Shown here: piece by piece, positions 22,185 to 32,303 of the stretch
Position numbering within the stretch: position 1 is the first letter of the stretch
Layout of the letters: every line of letters starts with the position of its first letter
Made by a program: the position numbers and the translations under genes
From: Octopus bimaculoides
Lineage: Eukaryota
DNA: 32,303 nt
NCBI RefSeq assembly: GCF_001194135.2
Contig: NC_068994.1
Coordinates: 60,543,832 to 60,576,134, forward strand
Direction of reading: 5' to 3'
The notes under the pieces: model-generated
What the model was told of the DNA's origin: nothing
Seen by the model: only the letters and a program-made list of their open reading frames with translations
Databases searched by the model: none

Positions 22185-24836
22185 GGCTAGATCGATTTCA
22201 TCCTCACCAGACAGCAGGATGCATGGTTGCTCTTAAATACAAAGACCCTCCCGGGTGAAGAATGTACCCCGCCCCCAGCATAGACTAGTTATTAGTGACT
22301 TTAGACTCGGGGCCAGAAGGATGCCAAAAAGCAGACCAATCTGGAAAAGAAGGACTTGGAAGTTTAAGAACCCTTCACATGGTCAGAGATTTAGGGATAT
22401 CCTAACCAAGAAATTTAATGAGAGGGAGGAGGAGCTACAGTCCTTTGGCAGCTGGAAATTTCTGCGAGTCAGCTTGCTGAGTGCCACAGACCAAATCTGT
22501 GGCTGGTGCAAAGTCCCTTCCAGACCTAGTGTAATATGGTGGTGGAACAATAGTGTAGACAGGGCTAGTGTTCAGCAACGTGAGGACTAAAGAACTGAAA
22601 TATTTCGGATTGCAAGATAGTGTGTGAGAGAAAATTGTGATGTCATAGGAGAGAAATGTGTCCGCATGGATGATGGTGCACTTGTGTTTAATGATTCTGC
22701 AAAGAGGCTTGGGATGCCATTATGAAAGATTGCTGAATGTGGAGAACGAATGGGAGGTTGACCCAATTGAGGGACCAGCTACCCGAATTGACAGTACCCT
22801 GGTAGATAAAGCAATTAAGGAATCACTGCTGAGATGCTTAAAATATTGGGTGGTATGGGTTATGGTCTTGTCACCCGCATCATAAATCAGGTAGTTTATG
22901 GAGGACTCATACCCAATGACTGGTGTAGCAGCACCAAAGTCAACTGCTACAAGGGTGAAGGTGATGCTTTAAATAGAAATAACTACAGGGGTATCAAATT
23001 AGTGGATCAGGTGATGAAAGTTACAGAGAGGGTCATAGCCCAACTAATTTGGGAGAGAGTTAGCCTAGATGAAATGCAGTTTGGTTTAGTGCCAGGTAGA
23101 AGCACCACTGATGTTATATTTCTGGTAAGGCAACTGTAGGAGAAATGTCTAGCCAAAGATAAACTTCTGTACTTGACTTTTGTTGACTTGGAGAAAGCCT
23201 TTGACAGGGTCCCCCGATCTCTTATCTGGTGTTCAATGCAGAAATTAGGGATAAATGAGTGGTTGGTAAGAGCTGTACAAGCCCTGTACAGAGATGCTGT
23301 CAGTAAGGTGAGGGTTGGCAATGAGTACAGTGAAGAATATCAGGTAAAAGTAGGGGTTCACCAAGGATCAGTCCTCAGCCCCCCAGGCAATAACAGAGGA
23401 ATTCAAGATGGACTACCCCTCGGAGCTCTTCTATGCTGATGACCTTGCTTTAATAGCCAAGTCACTACCAGAACTAGAGACGAAATTTAGGGTATGGAAG
23501 CAAGGTCAAGAATCAAAGGGCCTTAGGGTTAACCTAGCAAAAACCAAAGTCTTAGAAAGTAGAAAGGCTGACAAATCACAAACCCCTTCAGGTAGCCGTT
23601 CCTGCTCGATCTATAGAAAACATGTGGGTAGAAATTCCATAAGATGTACTGAGTGTAAGCTATGGACACATAAGAGGTGCAGCAATATCAGAGAACAGTT
23701 AACTGGGAAGATAATTTTTGTGCGTGGCAAATGCACAGGGGCAATAAACACCGAAGATGTACAGAAAACAGATTCCATCACCTGCCAGTGGGAAGAACTA
23801 GAAGTAGTTGATAACTTCCACTACCTAGGTGACCAAGTCAGTAGTGGGGGTGGATGCTCTGAGATTGTAGCGGCGAGAATACGAATAGTCTGAGCAAAAT
23901 TCAGGGAGCTCTTACCTCTGCTGGCAGCTAAGAGTCTTTCACTCAGGATGAAAGGTAGACTGTATAATGCATTTGTGCAAACTGCCATGCTGCACATCAG
24001 TGAAACATGGGCCATAACTGCTGAGGACATGCATAGGCTTGAAAGAAATGAAGCTAGTATGATCCGCAGGATGTGTAATGTCAGTGTGCATACACAACAG
24101 AATGTGAAGGCTTTGAGAGAAAAGTCAGACATAAGAAGCCTTAAATGTGGTGTGCAAGAGAGACGACTGTGTTGGTATGGTCATGTGTTACGTATGGATG
24201 AAGGCAGCTATGTGAGTAAGTGATGCACACTCACTATGTAAGGAACCTGTGAAAGAGTTAGGCCCAAGAAGACATGAGATGAGGTGGTGAAGCATGACCT
24301 TCGAATGTTAGGCCTCATGGAGGCAATGACAAGAGACTGAGACCTTTGGAGATATGCTGTGATTGAGAAGACCTGGCAACTAAAGTGAGATTGCAGCCAT
24401 AGCTGATGCCAGTGTTGCAAGTCCTGCCTGTTTAAAAGTACCCTTCATTCATTGGGCTATATGATATGCTTGAGAAGACCTGTTGAGTGAAGTAAAGCCA
24501 ATATCGTAGCTGTAATCAGTGCTGCCTGGCTGGCTTCTGTGCTGATGGCATGTAAAAAGCACCATCCGATCATGGTCAATGCTAGTGTCCCCCAACTGGC
24601 TCCTGTGCCAGTGGCACGTAAAAAGCATTATCCAAATGTGATTGATGCCAGGTCCACATCACTGGCTCATGTGTCAGTGACACGTAAAAAGCACCCACTA
24701 CACTCCCAGAGTGGTTGGCGTTAGGAAGGGCATCCAGCTGTAGAAACCTTGCCAGATCAGATTGGAGCCTGGTGCAGCTGCTGGCTTTCCAGACCTCAGT
24801 CAAACCGTCCAACTCGGGCCAGCATCGAAAACAGAC
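22185..24836 (+). mobile_element. RTE-clade LINE, 5'-truncated and multiply disrupted: APE C-terminus, RT, C-terminal domain and 3' UTR, lacking the (GAT)n tail
   Basis: IDFILTR...PQHRLVISDF (APE end), NYRGIKLVDQVMK, QFGLVPGRSTTDVIF, FVDLEKAFDRV, GVHQGSVLSP, LFYADDL, RLYNAFVQTAMLHISETWA. The 3' UTR has sub-repeats and GTGGTTGGCGTTAGGAAGGGCATCCAGC. Confidence 0.95.
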
Positions 24837-27800
24837 TTTATGGCCAATGTGCAAATGTTTCGACCACGATTTATGGCCAGTATTCAATTTTTGGTCCCCC
24901 ACTTTACGGTCAGTGTGCAATTTTTGGTCCCCGACTTTATGGCCACTATGCAAATGTTTTGACCCTCACTTTATGGCCAGTGTTCAATTTTTGGTCCCCG
25001 ACTTTATGGCCACTGTGCAAATGTTTGGTCCCCGACTTTATGGCCAGTGTTCAATTGTTGGTCCCTGACTTTATGGCCATTGTGCAAATGTTTTTTCCCC
25101 GACTTTATGGCTGCTGTGCAAATGTTTGGACCCCAACTTTATAGCCAGTTTCAATTATTGGTCCCCGAATTTATGGCCAGTGTTCAATGGTTGGTCCCCC
25201 ATTTTATGGCCAGTGTGCAAATGTTTGGACCCCAAATTATGGCCAGTATTCAATTATTGGTCCCCGACGTTATGGCCATTGTGCAATTTTTGGTCCCCGA
25301 TTCTATGGCCAGTGTGCAAATGTTTGGTCCCCGACTTTATGGCCAGTGTTCAATTTTTGGTCCACGACTTTATGGCCAGTATTCAATTATTGGTCCCCGA
25401 CATTATGGCCAGTGTGCGATTTTTGATCCCCCATTTTATGGCCAGTGTTCAATTTTTAGTCCCCGTCTTTATTGCCAGTGTGCAATTATTCGTCCCCGAC
25501 TTTATGGCCAGTGTTCAATTTTTGGTCCACGACTTTATGGCCAGTGTTCAATTTATCGTCCCCGACTTTATGGTCAGTGTGCGAATTTTGTTCCCAACTT
25601 TATGGCTAGTGTTCAATTTTTGGTCCTCGTTTTAATGGCCAGTGTGCAATTATTGGTCCCNNNNNNNNNNNNNNNNNNNNNNNNNNNNNNNNNNNNNNNN
25701 NNNNNNNNNNNNNNNNNNNNNNNNNNNNNNNNNNNNNNNNNNNNNNNNNNNNNNNNNNNNNNNNNNNNNNNNNNNNNNNNNNNNNNNNNNNNNNNNNNNN
25801 NNNNNNNNNNNNNNNNNNNNNNNNNNNNNNNNNNNNNNNNNNNNNNNNNNNNNNNNNNNNNNNNNNNNNNNNNNNNNNNNNNNNNNNNNNNNNNNNNNNN
25901 NNNNNNNNNNNNNNNNNNNNNNNNNNNNNNNNNNNNNNNNNNNNNNNNNNNNNNNNNNNNNNNNNNNNNNNNNNNNNNNNNNNNNNNNNNNNNNNNNNNN
26001 NNNNNNNNNNNNNNNNNNNNNNNNNNNNNNNNNNNNNNNNNNNNNNNNNNNNNNNNNNNNNNNNNNNNNNNNNNNNNNNNNNNNNNNNNNNNNNNNNNNN
26101 NNNNNNNNNNNNNNNNNNNNNNNNNNNNNNNNNNNNNNNNNNNNNNNNNNNNNNNNNNNNNNNNNNNNNNNNNNNNNNNNNNNNNNNNNNNNNNNNNNNN
26201 NNNNNNNNNNNNNNNNNNNNNNNNNNNNNNNNNNNNNNNNNNNNNNNNNNNNNNNNNNNNNNNNNNNNNNNNNNNNNNNNNNNNNNNNNNNNNNNNNNNN
26301 NNNNNNNNNNNNNNNNNNNNNNNNNNNNNNNNNNNNNNNNNNNNNNNNNNNNNNNNNNNNNNNNNNNNNNNNNNNNNNNNNNNNNNNNNNNNNNNGAATT
26401 TTGTTCCCAACTTTATGGCCAGTGTTCAATTTTTGGTCCTCGTTTTAATGGCCAGTGTGCAATTATTGGTCCCCGTCTTCATGGCCACTGTGCGATTTTT
26501 GGTCCCCGTCTTTATGGCCAGTGTGCGATTTTTAATTCCCCATTTTATGGCCAATGTTCAAATTTTGGTCCCCGTCTTTATTGCCAGTGTGCAATTATTC
26601 GTCCACGACTTTATGGCCAGTGTTCAATTTTTGATCCTCCCATTTTATGGCCAGTGTGCGATTTTTGATCCCCGACTTTATGGCCAGTGTTCAATTTTTG
26701 GTCCCCGTCTTTATAGCCAGTGTTCAATTTTTGGTCCACGACTTTATGGCCAGTGTTCAATTTATCGTCCCCGACTTTATGGTTAGTGTGCGAATTTTGT
26801 TCCCGACTTTATGGCCAGTGTTCAATTTTTGCTCCCCGACTTTATGGCCAGTGTTCAATTATTGGTCCCCGTCTTCATGGCCACTATGCGATTTTTGGTC
26901 CCCGTCTTTATGGCCAGTGTGCGATTTTTGATTCCCCATTTTATGGCCAATGTTCAAATTTTCGTCCCCGTCTTTATGGCCAGTGTTCAATTATTCGTCC
27001 CCGACTTTATGACCAGTGTACAATTTTTGGTCCCCGACTTTATGGCCAGTGTTCAATTATTGGTCCCCGTCTTCATGGCCACTATGCGATTTTTGGTCCC
27101 CGTCTTTATGGCCAGTGTGCGATTTTTGATTCCCTATTTTATGGCCGATGTTCAATTTTTGGTCCCCGTTTTTTATGGCCAGTGTGCATTATCGGTCCCC
27201 GACTTTATGGCCAGTGTGCAATTTTTGTTCCCCGACTTTATGGCCAGTGTTCAATTTTAGGTCCCCGTCTTTATGACCACTGTGCGATTTTTGGTCCCCG
27301 AATTTATGACCAGTGTTCAATTTATCGTCCCCGACTTTATGGCCAGTGTGCGAATTTTGTTCCCCGACTTTATGGCCAGTGTTCAATTATTCGTCCCCGT
27401 CTATATGGCCAGTGTGCAATTTTTTGGTCCCCGACATTATGGCCATTGTGCGATTTTTGATCCCCCATTTTATGGCCAGTGTTCAATTTTTAGTCCCCGT
27501 CTTTATGGCCAGTGTTCAATTTTAGGTCCACGACTTTATGGTCAGAGTTCAATTTATCGTCCCCGACTTTATGGTCAGTGTGCGAATTTTGTTCCCGACT
27601 TTATGGCCAGTGTTCAATTTTTGCTCCCTGACTTTATGGCCAGTGTTCAATTATTGGTCCCCGTCTTCATGGCCACTATGCGATTTTTGGTCCCCGTCTT
27701 TATGGCCAGTGTGCGATTTTTGATTCCCCATTTTATGGCCAATGTTCAAATTTTGGTCCCCGTCTTTATGGCCACTGTACAATTTTTGGTCCCCGACTTT

Positions 27801-30800
27801 ATGCGCAGTGTTCAATTTTGGTCCCCCACCTTATAGCCGATGTTCAATTTTTGGTCCCCGTTTTTATGGCCAGTGAGCGATTTTTGTTCCCCGACTTTAT
27901 GGCCAGTGTTCTATTTTAGGTCCCCGTCTTTATGACCACTGTGCGATTTTTGGTCCCCGAATTTATGGCCAGTGTTCAATTTTTGGTCCTCGTTTTTATG
28001 GCCAGTGTGCAATTATTGCTCCTCGTCTTCATGGCCAGTGTTCTATTTTTACTCCCCGTCTTTATTGCCACTGTGCAATTATTCGTCCCCGACTTTATGG
28101 CCAGTGTTCGATTTTTGGTCCCCGACTTTATGGCCAGTGTTCAATTTATCGTCCCCGACTTTATGGCCAGTGTGCGAACTTTGGTCCCGACTTTATGGTC
28201 AGTGTTCAATTTTTGGTCCTCGTTTTTATGGCCAGTGTGCAATTATTGGTCCCCGTCTTCATGGCCACTGTGCGATTTTTGGTCCCCGTCTTTATGTCCA
28301 GTGTGCGATTTTTGATCCCCCATTTTATGGCCAATGTTCAATTTTTGGTCCCCGACTTTATGGCCAATGTTCAATTTTTGGTCCCCGACTTGATGACCAT
28401 TGTACAATTTTTGGTCCCCGACTTTATGGCCAGTGTTCGCTTTTTGNNNNNNNNNNNNNNNNNNNNNNNNNNNNNNNNNNNNNNNNNNNNNNNNNNNNNN
28501 NNNNNNNNNNNNNNNNNNNNNNNNNNNNNNNNNNNNNNNNNNNNNNNNNNNNNNNNNNNNNNNNNNNNNNNNNNNNNNNNNNNNNNNNNNNNNNNNNNNN
28601 NNNNNNNNNNNNNNNNNNNNNNNNNNNNNNNNNNNNNNNNNNNNNNNNNNNNNNNNNNNNNNNNNNNNNNNNNNNNNNNNNNNNNNNNNNNNNNNNNNNN
28701 NNNNNNNNNNNNNNNNNNNNNNNNNNNNNNNNNNNNNNNNNNNNNNNNNNNNNNNNNNNNNNNNNNNNNNNNNNNNNNNNNNNNNNNNNNNNNNNNNNNN
28801 NNNNNNNNNNNNNNNNNNNNNNNNNNNNNNNNNNNNNNNNNNNNNNNNNNNNNNNNNNNNNNNNNNNNNNNNNNNNNNNNNNNNNNNNNNNNNNNNNNNN
28901 NNNNNNNNNNNNNNNNNNNCATGGCCACTGTGCGATTTTTGGTCCCCGTCTTTATGGCCAATGTTCAATTTTTGTCAAAGTTTTTATGGCCAGTGTGCAG
29001 TATTGGTCCCCCACTTTATGGCCAGTGTTCCATTTTTGGTCCCCGTTTTTATAGCCAGTGTAAAATTTTAGGTCCCCGTCTTTATGGCCACTGTGCGATT
29101 TTTGGTCCACGAATTAATGGCCAGTGTTCAATTTATCGTCCCCGACTTTATGGCCAGTGAGCGAATTTTGGTCCCCGTTTTTATGGCCAGTGTGCAATTT
29201 TTGGTCCCCGACTTTATGGCCAGTGTTCAATTTTTGGCCCTCGTTTTTATGGCCAGTGTGCAATTATTGGTCCCCGTCTTCATGGCCATTGTGCGATTTT
29301 TGGTCCCCGTTTTTATGGCCAATGTTCATTTTCGGTCCCCGACTTTATCGCCTGTGTTCAGTTTTTGGTCCCCGTCTTTATGGCCAGTGTTCAATTATTA
29401 GTCCCCGACTTTATGGCCAGTGTTCTATTTTCGGTCCCCGACTTCATGGCCAGTGTGCGATTTTTGATCCTCCATTTTATGGCCAGTGTTCAATTTTTGG
29501 TCCCCGTCTTTATGGCCAGTGTGCAATTATTCGTCCCCGACTTTAGCGTCAGTGTTGATTTCTGGTCCCCGACTTTTATAGCCAGCGTCCGAATTTTGGT
29601 CCCCGACTTTATGGTCAGTGTTCAATTTTGGTCGCCCACTTTATAGCCAGTGTTCAATTTTTGGTCACCGTTTTTATGGCCAGTGTGCAGTATTGGTCCC
29701 CGACATTATGGCCAGTGTTCGCCTTTTGATCCCCCATTTTATGGCCAGTGTTCAATTTTTGGTCCCAGACTTTATGGCCAGTATTCAATTTTTGGTCCCC
29801 GTCTTTATAGCCAGTGTTCAATTTTAGGTCCCCGTCTTTATGACCACTGTGCGATTTTTGGTCCCCGAATTTATGGCCAGTGTTCAATTTATCATCCCCA
29901 ACTTTATGGCCAGTGTGCGAATTTTGTTCCTCGACGTTATGGCCAGTGATCAATTTTTGGTCCTCGTTTTTATGGCCAGTGTGCAATTATTGGTCCCCGT
30001 CTTCATGGCCACTGTGCGATTTTTGGTCCCCGTCTTTATGGCCAATGTTCATTTTCGGTCCCCGACTTTATCGCCTGTGTTCAGTTTTTGGCCAGTGTGC
30101 AATTATTGGTCCCCGACTTTATGGCCAGTGTTCAATTTTTNNNNNNNNNNNNNNNNNNNNNNNNNNNNNNNNNNNNNNNNNNNNNNNNNNNNNNNNNNNN
30201 NNNNNNNNNNNNNNNNNNNNNNNNNNNNNNNNNNNNNNNNNNNNNNNNNNNNNNNNNNNNNNNNNNNNNNNNNNNNNNNNNNNNNNNNNNNNNNNNNNNN
30301 NNNNNNNNNNNNNNNNNNNNNNNNNNNNNNNNNNNNNNNNNNNNNNNNNNNNNNNNNNNNNNNNNNNNNNNNNNNNNNNNNNNNNNNNNNNNNNNNNNNN
30401 NNNNNNNNNNNNNNNNNNNNNNNNNNNNNNNNNNNNNNNNNNNNNNNNNNNNNNNNNNNNNNNNNNNNNNNNNNNNNNNNNNNNNNNNNNNNNNNNNNNN
30501 NNNNNNNNNNNNNNNNNNNNNNNNNNNNNNNNNNNNNNNNNNNNNNNNNNNNNNNNNNNNNNNNNNNNNNNNNNNNNNNNNNNNNNNNNNNNNNNNNNNN
30601 NNNNNNNNNNNNNNNNNNNNNNNNNNNNNNNNNNNNNNNNNNNNNNNNNNNNNNNNNNNNNNGTGCAATTATTGGTCCCCGTCTTCATGGCCATTGTGCG
30701 ATTTTTGGTCCCCGTCTTTATGGCCAATGTTCATTTTCGGTCCCCGACTTTATCGCCTGTGTTCAGTTTTTGGCCAGTGTGCAATTATTGGTCCCCGACT

Positions 30801-31296
30801 TTATGGCCAGTGTTCAATTTTTGGTCCCCGACTTTATGGCCAGTGTTCAATTTTTTGTCCCCGTCTTCATGGCCAGTGTTCAATTTTTTGTCCCCGAGTT
30901 TATGGCCAGTGTTCAATTTTTGGTCCCCGTCTTTATGGCCAGTATTCAATTTTTGGTCCCCGTTTTTATGGCCAGTGTGCAATTATTGGGGCCCGACTTT
31001 ATGGCCAGTGTGCGATTTTTAGTCCCCGTCTATATGGCCAGTGTGCAATGTTTTGGTCCCCGACTTTATGGCAAGTGTGCGATTTTTGATCCTTCATTTT
31101 AAGGCCAGTGTTCAATTTTTGGTCCCCGACTACATGGCCAGTGTACAATTTTTGGTCTATGACTTTATGGCCAGTGTTCAATTTTTGGTCCTCGTTTTTA
31201 TGGCCAGTGTGCAATTATTGGTCCCCGACTTTATGGTCAGTGTGCGATTTTTGGTCCCCGACTTTATGGCCAGTGTTCAATTTTTGGTCCCAGACT
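24837..31296 (+). repeat. 33-bp satellite array, consensus GGTCCCCGACTTTATGGCCAGTGTTCAATTTTT, with three sized gaps
   Basis: About 4.7 kb of sequenced bases, or roughly 140 head-to-tail monomers with no spacers. The 11-aa periodicity in the ORF track (GPRLYGQCSIF / VPDFMASVQFL / SPTLWPVFNFW) confirms the 33-bp unit. Confidence 0.98.
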
Positions 31297-31518
31297 ATAT
31301 ATATACAGGTAGATGAAGGTATGTACATACATGTACGTACATATGCATATACTCATATATTATTTGTATTTTATTGAAGGAATCCGCGTTCTTCCTATCA
31401 AGTTCACAGGTGCCCTTATCTCACTCAGACCCATTAAACTTCACTTTTTCCGGGATAACACTTAACCCCTTCCCCTTTCATCTCTTAATCATTTGGTTAC
31501 CCTGTTGTCTCTCTCTAC

Positions 31519-31602
31519 CTGACAACGACACGTCGGCCCCGCAAGAACGTGCCTGGCGATGCAAGGTTGTGTCTGATGCCGAAAGAACGTGCACCCCACT
31601 GG
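31519..31602 (-). other. Candidate 84-nt exon (coding or 5' UTR)
   Basis: Acceptor-like CCCTGTTTGCATAG| and donor CAG|GTAGAG. The segment is CpG-rich, all three frames are open, and the length is divisible by 3. No protein was recognised. Confidence 0.35.
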
Positions 31603-31664
31603 CTATGCAAACAGGGTAATGTCTGTTCCCCCCGATCAGAAAGATTGTCCATTGCTGGGAAATC

Positions 31665-31800
31665 TATTTACAATTGAGTGGACTGCAACAATATGAAATA
31701 AGGTGTTTTGCTCAAGAATACAATGTACTGCTCAGTATGGGAATTGAACCCACAATCTAGCCACTGTGAGTGCAACACCCTAACCACTAGGCTCCATACC

Positions 31801-31805
<5 letters not shown>
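31665..31805 (-). mobile_element. tRNA-derived SINE head and body
   Basis: Minus strand has A-box TGGAGCCTAGTGGTTAG and B-box GGGTTCAATTCC, followed by GTATTCTTGAGCAAAACACCTTATTTC. Confidence 0.7.

Positions 31806-31838
<33 letters not shown>
31803..31838. repeat. (CA)n microsatellite
   Basis: Direct reading. Confidence 0.97.
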
Positions 31839-31842
<4 letters not shown>

Positions 31843-32152
31843 TACATATCCATAGACGTACATATGTATGGTAATCATTTTTATATCTGTTTTCCATGCT
31901 AGCATTGGTGCGATGTATATATATTTGATGATTTTCTTAATTTACTTCTAGATCCTATTCATGTCTTTAACCCTTACCTATTGCTCAAGTAAGGGATCTC
32001 TTATTCCAATGGTTTATTCATTAACAGGGGAAATGATAACAATCTAATCGCTCATAGCTAAAAAATTGTCAGAGACAGTAAATGTAAACACGAAATATTT
32101 GAGCAGAAGTTGTAATTAAGGCGTAAGTGAGAGAATGTTTTGGTTCTGTCAG

Positions 32153-32289
32153 GTGTCCGTTACGGAAGTGAGGATCAGAGCATGCGTAATGGTGAGCGGA
32201 AGAGGTCAGAGGGCAACTGGGTGTCATGGAAACCGAACGTGTTTGTTGCAACAAAGAGAAGAAAACCTTCCCCTCCAGATTGTCGACAG
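32153..32289 (+). promoter_or_regulatory. CpG-rich promoter-like segment / probable first exon ending at a strong splice donor
   Basis: CGGAAGTG (32163) and CGGAAG (32197), both ETS-type. GCATGCGT (32180), NRF1-like. GTGTCATGGAAAC (32221), X-box-like. Donor CAG|GTAAGA at 32289/32290. Confidence 0.5.
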
Positions 32290-32303
32290 GTAAGAAGAAA
32301 AGC

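Noticed and set aside
24837-31296. CRISPR array (33-bp repeats)
   Set aside because: Monomers are head-to-tail with no unique spacers, there are no cas genes, and the context is eukaryotic.
25047-31377. Long repetitive ORFs (GPRLYGQCSIF, VPDFMASVQFL, SPTLWPVFNFW, KLNTGHKVGDQ) as a repeat protein
   Set aside because: A 33-bp unit is a multiple of 3 and four of six frames happen to be stop-free. Frequent 1-nt indels shift between frames, ORFs run through N gaps, and there are no splice signals or codon-position bias.
31570-31590. Hammerhead-like CTGATGCCGAAAG
   Set aside because: Lacks A9 and has no stem II between the CUGAUG and GAAA boxes.

Overview
AT-rich, microsatellite-dense eukaryotic genomic DNA with four assembly gaps (17645-17744, 25661-26395, 28447-28919, 30141-30662). 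The SINE/RTE repeat families look, from memory, like those of an octopus (coleoid cephalopod) genome; this is inference, not a search result. No intact multi-exon gene can be assembled. The window is mostly decayed mobile DNA: five RTE-clade LINE pieces, one CR1/L2-group LINE, two mariner relics, a Penelope-like fragment with an inverted terminal repeat, tRNA-derived SINEs, a Helitron-like 3' end and a possible Helentron/DINE-like element. A ~6.5 kb array of a 33-bp satellite (24837-31296) starts exactly where an RTE tail should be. Host-gene signals: a convincing minus-strand, proline-rich coding exon (18886-18736, perfect donor), a CpG-rich candidate minus-strand exon (31602-31519) and a promoter-like plus-strand exon ending at a donor at 32289. 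Best leads: a degenerate hammerhead-ribozyme core in the Penelope terminal repeat, a perfect 29-bp-stem hairpin with a template-switch signature (12173-12265), and the RTE-anchored satellite with in-register CAGACT ends and higher-order structure. Nearly all long ORFs in the supplied track are artefacts of microsatellites, N-runs, the satellite or antisense LINE frames.
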